This document shows positions 19,901 to 29,970 of a stretch of 64,000 bases of DNA, piece after piece. This DNA is from Candidatus Poseidoniaceae archaeon (GTDB taxonomy: Archaea > Thermoplasmatota > Poseidoniia > Poseidoniales > Poseidoniaceae): the NCBI GenBank assembly GCA_965662895.1, contig CBFIJH010000004.1, forward strand, positions 1 to 64,000. The letters are read 5' to 3'. Each line of letters begins with the position of its first letter. Position 1 is the stretch's first letter. The position numbers were made by a program, and so were the translations under genes. A model generated the notes under the pieces. It did not search any database. It was not told the origin of the DNA and saw nothing but the letters and a program-made list of their open reading frames with translations.

Positions 19901-20311
19901 ATTTGCGCATGAATCACACAGACTAGGCACGAATAGGGCAGACGGCAACCCTTTGTATTTGCAAAAACGTTAACATGAGTATTTTGGACGAACCCTTGTG
20001 GATATGTCTAGAACACACCTGCACTTCTTAATGAGAACAAGGCAATAATCCCACAAACAACGTAAATGAGAATTCCAATTGGACCTCTTTGAATTTTGAA
20101 GAAGGTTTGAACCCGAGGACTGGTTCGGCTTTCTCTGTGAGACTTCTCTCAACTTCCCCTGTAGACTTCATATTTTGTGGCTGGTTATTTGATCATTTCA
20201 ATGCATCTTGGGAGAGCCTGTGTTCTCAACGGTCTGCCTGTACACATGGGGCCCCATGAATACGCCTGTGAACACAACAGTACCCTCGAAAACGCAGTAA
20301 TGCATCTGAAT

Positions 20312-20725
20312 TCAAAGCGAACTTAGTGCAGGATTTGCAGACAAGATCGATTGGGCTTGCCGATAATCATCAGGAGAGAAGTACCCCTCGAATGCGCCCG
20401 AATCGTCGACGGCTACAACTGCTTGAGGCATACGCTCGTTCACAGACTTGATGACGTCTGCGATGGAATCTGAAAGAGAGACTTTCAGAACATCCATCTC
20501 CATGACTTCTTTGCAGGTTGTCTCATTCACATCAACACCGTTTCCAATGGCTTTCAGCATCTGTCGCTGGCCAATGACACCTTTGACTTGGTCTTCATCA
20601 TCCAGTACGACAAGAATACCAGAAGGGATGCTAACCAACCGTTTGCAACCTTCCACAAGTGTATCTTCTAATCCAATGGTTACGTGCTCATCGTCGAGTT
20701 CCAAATCGGAGACTGTTTCGCTCAT
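20312..20725 (-). CDS. Stand-alone CBS-pair protein
   Basis: Two CBS-like units: LVVLDDEDQVKGVIG and VVAVDDSGAFEGYFS. Confidence 0.75.
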   Translation of the reverse strand: MSETVSDLELDDEHVTIGLEDTLVEGCKRLVSIPSGILVVLDDEDQVKGVIGQRQMLKAIGNGVDVNETTCKEVMEMDVLKVSLSDSIADVIKSVNERMPQAVVAVDDSGAFEGYFSPDDYRQAQSILSANPALSSL

Positions 20726-20764
20726 ACACACCGCTGGATGTGACCGTTCAAGAGGGTTTTGACA

Positions 20765-22810
20765 TTAGGCTACAATCTTGATGATTCGATCGCAACCACT
20801 GCATTGTATCCGAATCGGTCGCAGATCGGAGGTAACTGGATTGGATGTTTGGCATTGTGGACAGGCGATTGTAGGGAAATTTTCGACAATGATTTGTGGT
20901 TTTGACGCAGCTCCTTTTGCATTTTTTGTTTTCGGTGATATCACTGCTGTAGCCCACCAAATGAACACAATTCCACCACTTGAACCCAAGATGTAGATTG
21001 GTTCAAAGGCAAAGAAGTGCAACAAGAACACGATAGGAACGAGGATCATTTCAATCATTATCGGATACTTTGAGCGATTGGCAACCATGCGGAAGGCGAA
21101 CAAGAGCCCTCCTGCAAGAATCAACGTGATGGCGATTGTCAGACCAATCGGAGCATGGAGAATCGATGTCGTTGGTTGTGAATCGATGGAGTATTCATCC
21201 GATTGTGTCAAACCTGAAGCAGAGAGCGTAGCAGACTCTCCCCATGGGAACCTCAAGTAGTTCAGTTCGATGGAATCGGTTTGTAAGACATCAATCGTCG
21301 AGAAGGACGTCATCGCACTCGATTTAATGTTGATGAACAAGTCATAGGTTGACCATAGAGGAGATGGTTGGTTTTTCATGAATGCACTATCAAGAATACG
21401 ATAACTCGATCCTGTCACAATCGGTGTTAAGGAATCGATTCGAAGTTTCAGAGGTGCATTACGAACCCTATCCTCACCCATCAAATCGAGCGTAATTGCA
21501 AACGACTGTGCATCGGAAAGATCGCCAATGAGCTCTTCGGATTCAAGACCGAGGCCGAACTGAAAGTATGTGATGTAATATGAGTCCATGTAATTCTCAA
21601 ATTGACTGATTTCAGCGCTTTCGATGACACGGCTTCCACGTTGTTCATCGTTCACATTCCCACCATCAAAGTTCTTCAACACATTGGAAAGTGGGATTGT
21701 TTCATCACCGAGGTGATCGAGTCCCCATCGCATCCAAAAAGCCATTTCACCCTCAATGGTCAGAATTGTAGTTTGCCCGAGCAGCAATCCTCCACCCTCC
21801 GATTCAAGTTCCATTGAAACGGAGATGTCCAAAGGCGAACCCTTTCCGTTGGTTCGCAGTGGCTCATTCAGAGGGTAGTATCCACCACCATCGCCTGTTG
21901 AATCAAAGGTTTCGATATCAAAATCCGCTGCACCATCAAGCGTCAGACCGTCTTGAAGCTCGTAGGAGACTGAAACATTGACTGTCTCTTCACCACCGGA
22001 AGCGCCATCCCACGTCCAAATGACAAGTATCGCATCCCCATCAAGCACTTCTGTTGGGTCTTGAGTCTGCGAAACTCCATTGACTTGGAGCGAAATGGAT
22101 TTCGAAAACACCAGTGCCTCCATTCCAAACGGAGATTCGATTCGAACGCCAAAGTACACAAGATCACCTTCGACGACTGGTTCATCAAGCGTCAAATCAA
22201 CGATTGGTAAATCAGCAGTTAGAGCGGATGGATGATCTTCACTGCCCCAAAAGAACTCCACCTTCGGACCACCAGAGGGGACACTGAAAACAACCGTTCT
22301 TGCACTAACACTAACGGAAATCTCGGAAGTCCCACTCACTTGAACCTCTTCAACGGGAACGTCGATTGTAATCGTTCCTGGTCCTTGTGCAACAAATTGT
22401 TGGTCAACTCCTAAGAAAGCAGTGAACGATGAGCCTCCAATGGTTACTGTCGCTGACATGTTCAGGTTTGCACCACCCGCATCGGAGACCTCGTAGGCCA
22501 ATTCAATCGACCATGTCGATTCTGGAACGGTTCCCGGCCATGCAGAATCTAGATTCCACTTACCGACTTGTTCAGACGAAGTAATCGACGTCTCAAACGA
22601 GACCGATGAGGAGGTTTCTGAGAATGCATCTGTAAATGGTGACAATTGCTGGTCACCATCACCAATCAAAAACAAATCAACTTCGGTAGCATCACAACAC
22701 ACCTTCGCATCCTCTGCTTGAGCAGTTGATACTATTGGAGAAAACGGAGCAAACATCGAGAGCATGAAGCAACCCAGCAATAGGAATGCTCGTCTCCGCA
22801 TCTTCACCAC
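20765..22810 (-). CDS. Secreted-domain multi-TM membrane protein with C-terminal zinc ribbon
   Basis: Signal peptide, large acidic extracellular region, about 3 C-terminal TM helices and CPQC...CSGC at the end. Confidence 0.75.
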   Translation of the reverse strand: MVKMRRRAFLLLGCFMLSMFAPFSPIVSTAQAEDAKVCCDATEVDLFLIGDGDQQLSPFTDAFSETSSSVSFETSITSSEQVGKWNLDSAWPGTVPESTWSIELAYEVSDAGGANLNMSATVTIGGSSFTAFLGVDQQFVAQGPGTITIDVPVEEVQVSGTSEISVSVSARTVVFSVPSGGPKVEFFWGSEDHPSALTADLPIVDLTLDEPVVEGDLVYFGVRIESPFGMEALVFSKSISLQVNGVSQTQDPTEVLDGDAILVIWTWDGASGGEETVNVSVSYELQDGLTLDGAADFDIETFDSTGDGGGYYPLNEPLRTNGKGSPLDISVSMELESEGGGLLLGQTTILTIEGEMAFWMRWGLDHLGDETIPLSNVLKNFDGGNVNDEQRGSRVIESAEISQFENYMDSYYITYFQFGLGLESEELIGDLSDAQSFAITLDLMGEDRVRNAPLKLRIDSLTPIVTGSSYRILDSAFMKNQPSPLWSTYDLFINIKSSAMTSFSTIDVLQTDSIELNYLRFPWGESATLSASGLTQSDEYSIDSQPTTSILHAPIGLTIAITLILAGGLLFAFRMVANRSKYPIMIEMILVPIVFLLHFFAFEPIYILGSSGGIVFIWWATAVISPKTKNAKGAASKPQIIVENFPTIACPQCQTSNPVTSDLRPIRIQCSGCDRIIKIVA

Positions 22811-22878
22811 ATCCTTCGCTTTTGAATGAGGCGTATAACATCAACGGCAATTTGTTTTGTCGACCAGCCTTTTTCCCA

Positions 22879-23229
22879 TCAAAGTGCTTTATCCAACAAG
22901 GTGCCCAACTCTTTTTCGAAGAGCCCGATAAGCGCCTCTCCAACTTCACCTTGCAGTTCGTCGGGTAAAAGACGCAGACCAAGACGAGTTGCTGCACGCG
23001 TTGCCTTGAGTTCGGCATAAACTGAACGAGCCTTTTGATGGAAATAGTACGTCACTGCTTCTTTGATTTCAGCATGCAGGTCAGGATCCTCTTCGATTTT
23101 GTTGCGAATGTGCGCTTTAAGTTCATCTTTGACGATATCCTTGAAGGATTCAATGATTAAGTCTTCAGTTGACATTAAATCTTGAACACGCTCTCGGATG
23201 CTGCCAGTCAACAATCGTTCAATCGCCAT
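22879..23229 (-). CDS. Hypothetical helical protein
   Basis: Start at ATG 23229 (MAIERLL), amphipathic helical composition, co-oriented within the rps15 cluster. Confidence 0.65.
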   Translation of the reverse strand: MAIERLLTGSIRERVQDLMSTEDLIIESFKDIVKDELKAHIRNKIEEDPDLHAEIKEAVTYYFHQKARSVYAELKATRAATRLGLRLLPDELQGEVGEALIGLFEKELGTLLDKAL

Positions 23230-23254
23230 ATCAATCCCATTACCTCTTGATGTT

Positions 23255-24154
23255 TCAATCCGTCGATGGTTCAAGACGACCTGTTCGAAGCAATTGATCC
23301 AGAATTCGGCCGGCGTGAAGGATCGCAACGTCGGCGTTTGTTGGCCATGCTTTCAAGAGGTTAAACAACGTCGAAGCCAAGTCAGTCGATGCATTTGGTA
23401 TGCGCATTCGTTTCCAAATCAATTCTTCAAGGCGTGCAGTGGAGAGGCCATCTGTCGATAAGAGTGGGAGACTGTATTCAGAGAGTGCTTGTGCTCTGGT
23501 TGGCGCATCCATGCTGTCCCACAATTTTTGCAATCGCTTCAATCTTCGTTGGGAAGCAAGAGGCAGCATTTCAACTGAAGGTTCTTGCACCTCTGGCAAA
23601 GGTAGGACCTGGATTGTTCCCTCATCGCGAAGGAAATCTCGAATTAACGTGTGGATTGGATCGATTGTTGTATCAAGGCTCTCCATCAACCATTGCCCAC
23701 AGCCGCTGTATGGACGACAGCGCGTGGTACGGGAACCGTTTGGGGCAAGAGCTGAAGCAATAACTGATGATTGTAGAACGACATCAATTCGACCTCTTCT
23801 TGTCTTGGTTGAATGTTCAAATTCGACCTCAACTTGCTTCGGTGCGAGAAGAAATACGCCGTCTGGGGATTCTTTGATTCGACCCCAAGGGTCCACAAAG
23901 AGGACATGAGCTGCATCTTGTTGAGGAATAAAATCCGATTCATCAGGTGGAATATGGGCGTTGGGTTCGATAATTCTTCGAGCGTAGGTGATACCTCGAT
24001 CGAGGAGTGCGGATTCCAAAAACCCGAGAGCTAGAATCGAATGAAGGTCTGCAGTCGTTACGAGCAATAAGGGGCTGGTTTGCAGAAAGTCAACTGCTTC
24101 TTCGACGACATAATCAAGTGGCGCAAAAAAATCAGCGGTTCGCAAATTGTTCAT
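23255..24154 (-). CDS. Degenerate DHH/RecJ-like protein
   Basis: Lies directly downstream of rps15, the conserved archaeal position of a DHH gene. LLVTTADLHSILALGFLESAL resembles an eroded DHH motif I, and no DHH triad is visible. Confidence 0.55.
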   Translation of the reverse strand: MNNLRTADFFAPLDYVVEEAVDFLQTSPLLLVTTADLHSILALGFLESALLDRGITYARRIIEPNAHIPPDESDFIPQQDAAHVLFVDPWGRIKESPDGVFLLAPKQVEVEFEHSTKTRRGRIDVVLQSSVIASALAPNGSRTTRCRPYSGCGQWLMESLDTTIDPIHTLIRDFLRDEGTIQVLPLPEVQEPSVEMLPLASQRRLKRLQKLWDSMDAPTRAQALSEYSLPLLSTDGLSTARLEELIWKRMRIPNASTDLASTLFNLLKAWPTNADVAILHAGRILDQLLRTGRLEPSTD

Positions 24155-24201
24155 GGCCGGCCCATAGATGCCTCAACTATGAGACAAATGAATGCTCCCA
24201 A

Positions 24202-24657
24202 TCACTCAACAATCAATCGGAGTTCGTCTCGCTTGTACTTCCAGTCCGCTGGTAGGCGACCTTCCGCTTTGTAGTAGTTTGAAAGTCGACGGATTTTGGC
24301 TTCAGTTAATTCAAGAGAACGCTTGTTGTTAAGGTCACGATGATTGGTTGTGAGGTGGTCGATAATCGCAACTGCTTGGCGCATGAGATTCATGAGATCC
24401 TCAGGATAGCTACCATTAAGATCGTTCTCAGCGACGACGGCCCCGATTCTCTTTCCGAGAACAAGACGGACATTTGGTACAGCATGCTTGTCACGCAAAA
24501 CAATACCAATTTGTGAAGTACTCATCCCTTCTTTTGCATACTTGACAATCAAGGACTCAATCTCCTTGACATCGGTGTTTGACCATGCGGAAGGCTCGGT
24601 CATGAATGGCTTCGAAGAAGCGCTTTTTCCTTTTCGGGATGAATACATTCGTGCCAT
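24202..24657 (-). CDS. rps15: 30S ribosomal protein uS15 (S13e/S15p)
   Basis: MARMYSSRKGKSAS, SQIGIVLRD, PEDLMNL and EAKIRRLSNYYK. Confidence 0.97.
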   Translation of the reverse strand: MARMYSSRKGKSASSKPFMTEPSAWSNTDVKEIESLIVKYAKEGMSTSQIGIVLRDKHAVPNVRLVLGKRIGAVVAENDLNGSYPEDLMNLMRQAVAIIDHLTTNHRDLNNKRSLELTEAKIRRLSNYYKAEGRLPADWKYKRDELRLIVE

Positions 24658-24719
24658 ATGGACCACTCGGAGCAATCTTGCGACCTGCTTACCCTTCTTA
24701 ACCACATCGCTTCATCTTT

Positions 24720-26489
24720 TCACAGCTTCTGATGCATTTTTGCTAGTCGACCGGGCGTGCCAGCCCATTCCCAACCTGGTGCGAGGCTTCTTGCTAGGCC
24801 GACGGGGTGGTCGTTTTGCATCACCATGAGGTCTTGTCCAAGACAAATATTTTCATCGTACGAATCAAGAATACCAAGATGGATGTCACCTTTCCAACGA
24901 ACGTCGGATTTAAGGTGAATTTGTGGCAAGATATCGTGCTCATAGAGAATCGGAATCGATTGTTTGCTGAATGCAAAGCCTGCACGATCGAAAATCCAGA
25001 GAGCAACTTGCTGTCCATCCTTCTCAATCCTCCATCGAGGAGGTTTTCCTCGAATACGGCAACCATCAAGCCACGCATCTCGGCCGTAAAGATAACGAGA
25101 AATGCTTCGCAATCGATCCATGTTGAAGACTTCTCCCTTCCGCCGATGTATGCCTAATTCTTGTTTGCATTGAAGAACTGCATCTTTCAAACGTTGGAGA
25201 GATGCTCGTGCCCCCGAAGAGTCGCCTTGACGGGTATCAATGACATCGACGTCTTTGATGTCCAGTTCAATGCCACTATGGTTGATGACGCAGCGATACT
25301 TGTGCCTTTGAAGAAGCGAGTCGACCATGTCTTGAATTCGAACCAACTCATCATTCGTCCAATTCCCTGTCACCGGAATGTCATAGAATCCTGCTGGCCA
25401 AACGTCCTCCAAATCTCTTGGCACAAGTCCAAGAGGTGAGGTAACCATCACCTCATGGCAGCCATTCGTTCCAATCGCCTCGATGAATTTTCGATGAGAT
25501 TTTGACAATCGATACGGTTTCCGTTCCGAACAGGGCAGTAAGATGAGCGTGTTGTCCAATCCATCTGGCGCTTGATAGCGATTTGTCATGAAGTCAACCC
25601 ATGAGGAAACCTCTGCATCCAGATGGCTTTCTTGAGCGATGAATTCGATGGATTCGAGACCCGATGGATGTGAGCGTAAGACGTCTTTTTGGGAAGCAAC
25701 AAGAGCATCAAAATGACGCATATGCTCAACCAAACGAGGGCTGTTCAAACTCTGTTGATGAGCCAAGCGACGCAACGTACCCGTTTCAATGCTGGATTGA
25801 ACGTTTCGAAGCATCTCATGATAGTGACGAAGCGCAGCATCCGAATCCAGTGTTTCATCTTCAGCAGGCAATCTTGGACCATAGGATGTCAGCAGATGGC
25901 CGGTGCTTAACGCGAGTCGAGTTCTGCTTGTATCGAACAAATCGACTCCAAACCAAGCGAGAACTGCTGCGTTGTCTGGACCTCCAAGACCGGGTGTCCA
26001 AAGAAGCGCTCCAGGGAATCGATGTTTCAAAGTATGAATTGCTTGAACAAGTTTTCCTTGTTGTGCAGCGAGTTGGACTGCATCGAGCAAAACCACAATA
26101 CTCGGCTGAAGATTTTCGTCGAGAAGTGAAGGATCATGATGCAACCTTTGCCATGAAACAGGGAGAAGGGGTCCAGAATCTGCAGATTCACCGGCATTCG
26201 CTTCATCCAACGAAGGTGGTAGAACATGCCCTATGGATGCTTCAAAGGAAGGACCAATTTGATCAAATTTTGGAGGAACCAGGCAATGCTGCGTCGTGAT
26301 GTGAATACGAGCAGGGATGGTTCGAGTTTGTTGACAGTGAAAGGCAGCCTGTTGACTGCTCAACTCATTGTCGCCTTCTGTAGAAATCAGGCTTGGCGTC
26401 CGAACAGCGGGAGAAGCACGGTCGCCAAGCCCCCAAACGCGAGCATACCGATGACGGAAGAGAACCGTACGCCCAAGGCCTTCTGCCAT
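24720..26489 (-). CDS. arcS: Archaeosine synthase alpha subunit-like (ArcS/TgtA2) protein
   Basis: Degenerate TGT barrel (GVDLFD), LLPCSERKPYRLSKSH, TSPLGLVPRDLE...YDIPVTGNW and a PUA-like C-terminus. Confidence 0.8.
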   Translation of the reverse strand: MAEGLGRTVLFRHRYARVWGLGDRASPAVRTPSLISTEGDNELSSQQAAFHCQQTRTIPARIHITTQHCLVPPKFDQIGPSFEASIGHVLPPSLDEANAGESADSGPLLPVSWQRLHHDPSLLDENLQPSIVVLLDAVQLAAQQGKLVQAIHTLKHRFPGALLWTPGLGGPDNAAVLAWFGVDLFDTSRTRLALSTGHLLTSYGPRLPAEDETLDSDAALRHYHEMLRNVQSSIETGTLRRLAHQQSLNSPRLVEHMRHFDALVASQKDVLRSHPSGLESIEFIAQESHLDAEVSSWVDFMTNRYQAPDGLDNTLILLPCSERKPYRLSKSHRKFIEAIGTNGCHEVMVTSPLGLVPRDLEDVWPAGFYDIPVTGNWTNDELVRIQDMVDSLLQRHKYRCVINHSGIELDIKDVDVIDTRQGDSSGARASLQRLKDAVLQCKQELGIHRRKGEVFNMDRLRSISRYLYGRDAWLDGCRIRGKPPRWRIEKDGQQVALWIFDRAGFAFSKQSIPILYEHDILPQIHLKSDVRWKGDIHLGILDSYDENICLGQDLMVMQNDHPVGLARSLAPGWEWAGTPGRLAKMHQKL

Positions 26490-26573
26490 GGGGAAGGCTG
26501 AGGTGGTTTGTTTTTCAAGGATGGCACAACTTACAAAGAAAGTGTTGAAAGACTTAGCCTCCGAGCCCAAATC

Positions 26574-28793
26574 ATGGAGGGTAGGCCAAAGTATGTTGGG
26601 TTACCGACCATTTTACTCACGATTGCACTTCTAGCAACATGCCTTCCAGCAACGCACGCAGAGAGCAATGCAGATGAATTTGTCATTGATGGACGAGTCA
26701 AAATGATTGGATTAACGGCTGGAGAAGCTTACACACAAACCGTTGAGGTTGAGGCAGGGACCATCGTTTCGGTCAATGTGGGTTGCAGTTCGTGTGACGT
26801 CAAACTCACCGCAGGCGATACAGTCTTGACTTCATCAACTACTGTCACCTTAAATGCGACAGAGAATGGATTGGTTGAGATTCAGATTCTTTCCAACATT
26901 GACGAGACGGTATCGACATCAATCCTTGTCACCGTTGATGAGAACCATCTCAACCAAAGGCCAAGCCCCCAAACTGTGGTCGATCTCGTCGACTCGTATC
27001 GATGTGAATCTCCAGAACGTTGTCTTGACATGCACAGAGGGAACCTGAAGACGATTGTGCATGGAAACTATTCGACACTTGGATTCGATTCGGGTGATGT
27101 CAAATTAACTTCCGCAGAATATTATGCATTTTCTGTTCTTGAAAACGAAGTTGTTGAATTGGCTCTTCACCATGCGTCGGATTCGATCCGTTTTGAGTTC
27201 TACTTTCAAACCGCTTCGACGGAATCGCTCCTCACTCCCGTTATTGAATCCATAACTCCGAGCAATCCGAGCACGATTGAGGATACGGTTTACCTTCAGA
27301 TTGAAGAAGATGGTCGCATCGTTGTCAAAGTATCAACGAGTGCCCCTCACTCTGCTTACGCACTCCAACGAACACTTCACGCACCTCAAACGACAATGAC
27401 CATCGAAGACACGACCTCCCAGTTCGTTCAAATCGGTCATACATCATCGAAGAGTGCGTTTTCGATTGATTCAACAGGCGTGGTCAAAATCGCTCCAGTA
27501 ATTGAGGATGTAACTGTAGGTCTCGCTGTTCGAATCGGGGAAAATTGGGTCAATATGCCTGAAGTCTTCGTTGAACGTAACACAATTGAGCGCGTCTATG
27601 TGTATCCAAATACGACGATGGTGATGCTGACCATCGAAAGTAGTGTGCATTGGGTTGATGTCACGCTCGAAAGTACTGCTGATGGAAACGCTTCGATGGA
27701 TGCTCCAGGATTTCTCCCATCCAGCCTAAGCGAACCAAATTGGCCGATTCTGTATTCTGAAAATACCGCAAATTTCGAGGGTAGGCTTTCGCTTGCATCA
27801 TTGGATGTTGAAGATGTTTACCTCCTCTCAGTCGATGGTTGGGTCGATTCAGAACATCGATTGTACATCGAAATTTTTGGAATGAGCCCTCACCTTCGAG
27901 CCACTGTGCAAGAATTGGATCAGGAATCGATGGAAGTGGTACAAGAACAGACCTTGGTTCCAGATGATTTTACTTTTGATTTGGAATCCTACATCACAGT
28001 CGGACCCGGTTTGCATTTCATCACGTTCCACCATGCGAACGACTCCATTCTTGAGAATCAAACCTGGGGCAACAGCCTGCCATCACTTGAATACGATCTC
28101 ACAATATCAAAGGTGACGACGGAGCTTGGAGAAGAGCCGTGGTTTGCACCATCCGATGAGGCAAAATTTTGGGGTTCAACCGTTCGATGGATCCTTGGCT
28201 TGGGCATGATGCTCCCTGCTTTGTATCTCTTCATATCGATGCGAAAAACGCGTCGGGATGCTGCACGAATTGGTGCGATGAAAGAACGACTTGTCCTGTT
28301 AACAAAACTCCTTGATGATGGTGAAAAATCTCCGGAGCAAACAAGGAAATCACTCGTTCGTTCCCTTGAAGCTGTTGCTACACTACCGTGGCAATCCTCA
28401 ATTGCGTCATGGGGTATTCCAGAGCAATCCTACACCACAGACGGAACCTCCATCGCAGTGTGGAATCTAGATGCTCGATTGGCGAAATCCCTCGGAAATT
28501 GGCCAATCCTTGTTGGTCTGAACACGGAAGATGAGACATGGGAGATCGCCGCGTTTCGATTTGATGCACCGTATGGTCAGGCACTCAGTGTCGACCATGT
28601 CGAACCTCGTCTTTTGCATCAAGGAGAAGAAGTCTTCATCGATACGATAGCAAAAGGAACCACAGTATTCTTTACAATCGATTTGTCAGGAGATGGTCTG
28701 CAAGTCGACATTGAACTCAATGGACAGGTTGATGGTGTGGCTCGAGCGATGAGGATTCCAACGACACTGACCCGCTTCCCTGAACAGGAATGA
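26574..28793 (+). CDS. Single-pass membrane protein with large extracellular beta-rich region and ~180-aa cytoplasmic domain
   Basis: Signal peptide, TM helix WILGLGMMLPALYLFI followed by RKTRR, then a globular-looking C-terminus. Confidence 0.75.
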   Translation: MEGRPKYVGLPTILLTIALLATCLPATHAESNADEFVIDGRVKMIGLTAGEAYTQTVEVEAGTIVSVNVGCSSCDVKLTAGDTVLTSSTTVTLNATENGLVEIQILSNIDETVSTSILVTVDENHLNQRPSPQTVVDLVDSYRCESPERCLDMHRGNLKTIVHGNYSTLGFDSGDVKLTSAEYYAFSVLENEVVELALHHASDSIRFEFYFQTASTESLLTPVIESITPSNPSTIEDTVYLQIEEDGRIVVKVSTSAPHSAYALQRTLHAPQTTMTIEDTTSQFVQIGHTSSKSAFSIDSTGVVKIAPVIEDVTVGLAVRIGENWVNMPEVFVERNTIERVYVYPNTTMVMLTIESSVHWVDVTLESTADGNASMDAPGFLPSSLSEPNWPILYSENTANFEGRLSLASLDVEDVYLLSVDGWVDSEHRLYIEIFGMSPHLRATVQELDQESMEVVQEQTLVPDDFTFDLESYITVGPGLHFITFHHANDSILENQTWGNSLPSLEYDLTISKVTTELGEEPWFAPSDEAKFWGSTVRWILGLGMMLPALYLFISMRKTRRDAARIGAMKERLVLLTKLLDDGEKSPEQTRKSLVRSLEAVATLPWQSSIASWGIPEQSYTTDGTSIAVWNLDARLAKSLGNWPILVGLNTEDETWEIAAFRFDAPYGQALSVDHVEPRLLHQGEEVFIDTIAKGTTVFFTIDLSGDGLQVDIELNGQVDGVARAMRIPTTLTRFPEQE

Positions 28794-29921
28794 TTACTCA
28801 TTGGCTCTTCGTTCTGCCGCATCATCGAGTATTCGTTGAAGTTGATCGCTTGGGTTAAGGCTCTCTTTCATCGATTGCAACTGCTTTTTATCGGCCTTGG
28901 AAATCTTATTGGGAACATGAAGCTTGAGTAAGACAACAACATCACCACGACCACTTCGTCTCATGTGAGGCAGTCCTCGTTTCCTTACCTCGAGGGTATG
29001 GCCTGCAGATGAACCTGCAGGTACAACGATGTCCAACTTCTTTCCATCAATGTGATCGATTGTCACCTTTGTCCCGAGAACAAGGTCGGGGTAACCAAGT
29101 GGCAGAGACATAATCAAATCAGAACCGTTTCGTTCGAACCAGGGATGTGAAAGAATTTCAATTTCGATAAGCAAATCACCGTTCGTACCTTGACCACGCT
29201 CTGCAGGTTGCCCTTGACCACGCAATCGTAAGCGGGTGCCATTTTCTGCTCCAGCAGGCACATTGAATCGGATGGTTTTTTCTTCGATTCGATGGCCTCG
29301 ACCCGAGCAATCAACACACGGCGATTCGATGACTGAGCCGCTTCCTCCACAATCACGACAGTCCTGGATTACTTCATTGACAAACGGGCCAATCTGTTGT
29401 CGAACACGAACTCGTCCTTGTCCTTGACAATTCGTACACTTCGTAGTGCGGCCATCTTTCGCACCTGAGCCACTGCAGGTTGAGCATTCGACTGGAAGAT
29501 CGAATTCAATGGATTCTTCGCTTCCAGTGATAACGGTTGCCATGTCAATCGTGTGCCGTAGGAGGATATCGGAACCCCTTCGTTCACGTGTTCGGCCTCG
29601 TCCACCTCCAAAGAATCCTGAAAAGAAATCACCTCCGAGGAGGTCTTCGAGATTGATGTTGAATCCGCCCCCAGAGAATCCACCAAAGGGATTGCCTGCG
29701 GGTCCATCATGACCAAATCGGTCGTAATGGGCTCGCTTATCGGAATCGGAGAGAACGGCGTATGCTTCCTGGATTTCCTTGAATCGTTCTTCGGCATCCG
29801 ACTCTTCACTTCGATCTGGGTGATACTTTCGAGCAAGCCTTCGAAAAGCATTTTTCAAATCTTTTTCCGTTGCTGAACGGTCAACTTCGAGAACTTCGTA
29901 GTAGTCTCGTTTATCAGCCAC
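28794..29921 (-). CDS. dnaJ: Chaperone DnaJ
   Basis: J-domain with HPD, a G/F region and four CxxCxGxG repeats. GTG start. Confidence 0.97.
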   Translation of the reverse strand: MADKRDYYEVLEVDRSATEKDLKNAFRRLARKYHPDRSEESDAEERFKEIQEAYAVLSDSDKRAHYDRFGHDGPAGNPFGGFSGGGFNINLEDLLGGDFFSGFFGGGRGRTRERRGSDILLRHTIDMATVITGSEESIEFDLPVECSTCSGSGAKDGRTTKCTNCQGQGRVRVRQQIGPFVNEVIQDCRDCGGSGSVIESPCVDCSGRGHRIEEKTIRFNVPAGAENGTRLRLRGQGQPAERGQGTNGDLLIEIEILSHPWFERNGSDLIMSLPLGYPDLVLGTKVTIDHIDGKKLDIVVPAGSSAGHTLEVRKRGLPHMRRSGRGDVVVLLKLHVPNKISKADKKQLQSMKESLNPSDQLQRILDDAAERRANE

Positions 29922-29970
29922 GCTTCCACCTATCTTGCCCCAACAGACCTTCCACTAAAACCTCACGTTA

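Noticed and set aside
25664-26299. 211-aa + strand ORF (and similar antisense ORFs such as 30280-30990 and 54102-54593)
   Set aside because: Shadow frames opposite well-supported genes, with no recognisable motifs.
28790-28800. Abutting or overlapping convergent gene ends (also at 32540-32546, 33915-33918 and 51134-51137)
   Set aside because: Expected in a compact archaeal genome; no evidence of a specific antisense mechanism.
28794-29921. dnaJ without adjacent dnaK/grpE, and pheT without pheS
   Set aside because: Split operons are common in archaea, and the partner genes may lie outside the window.
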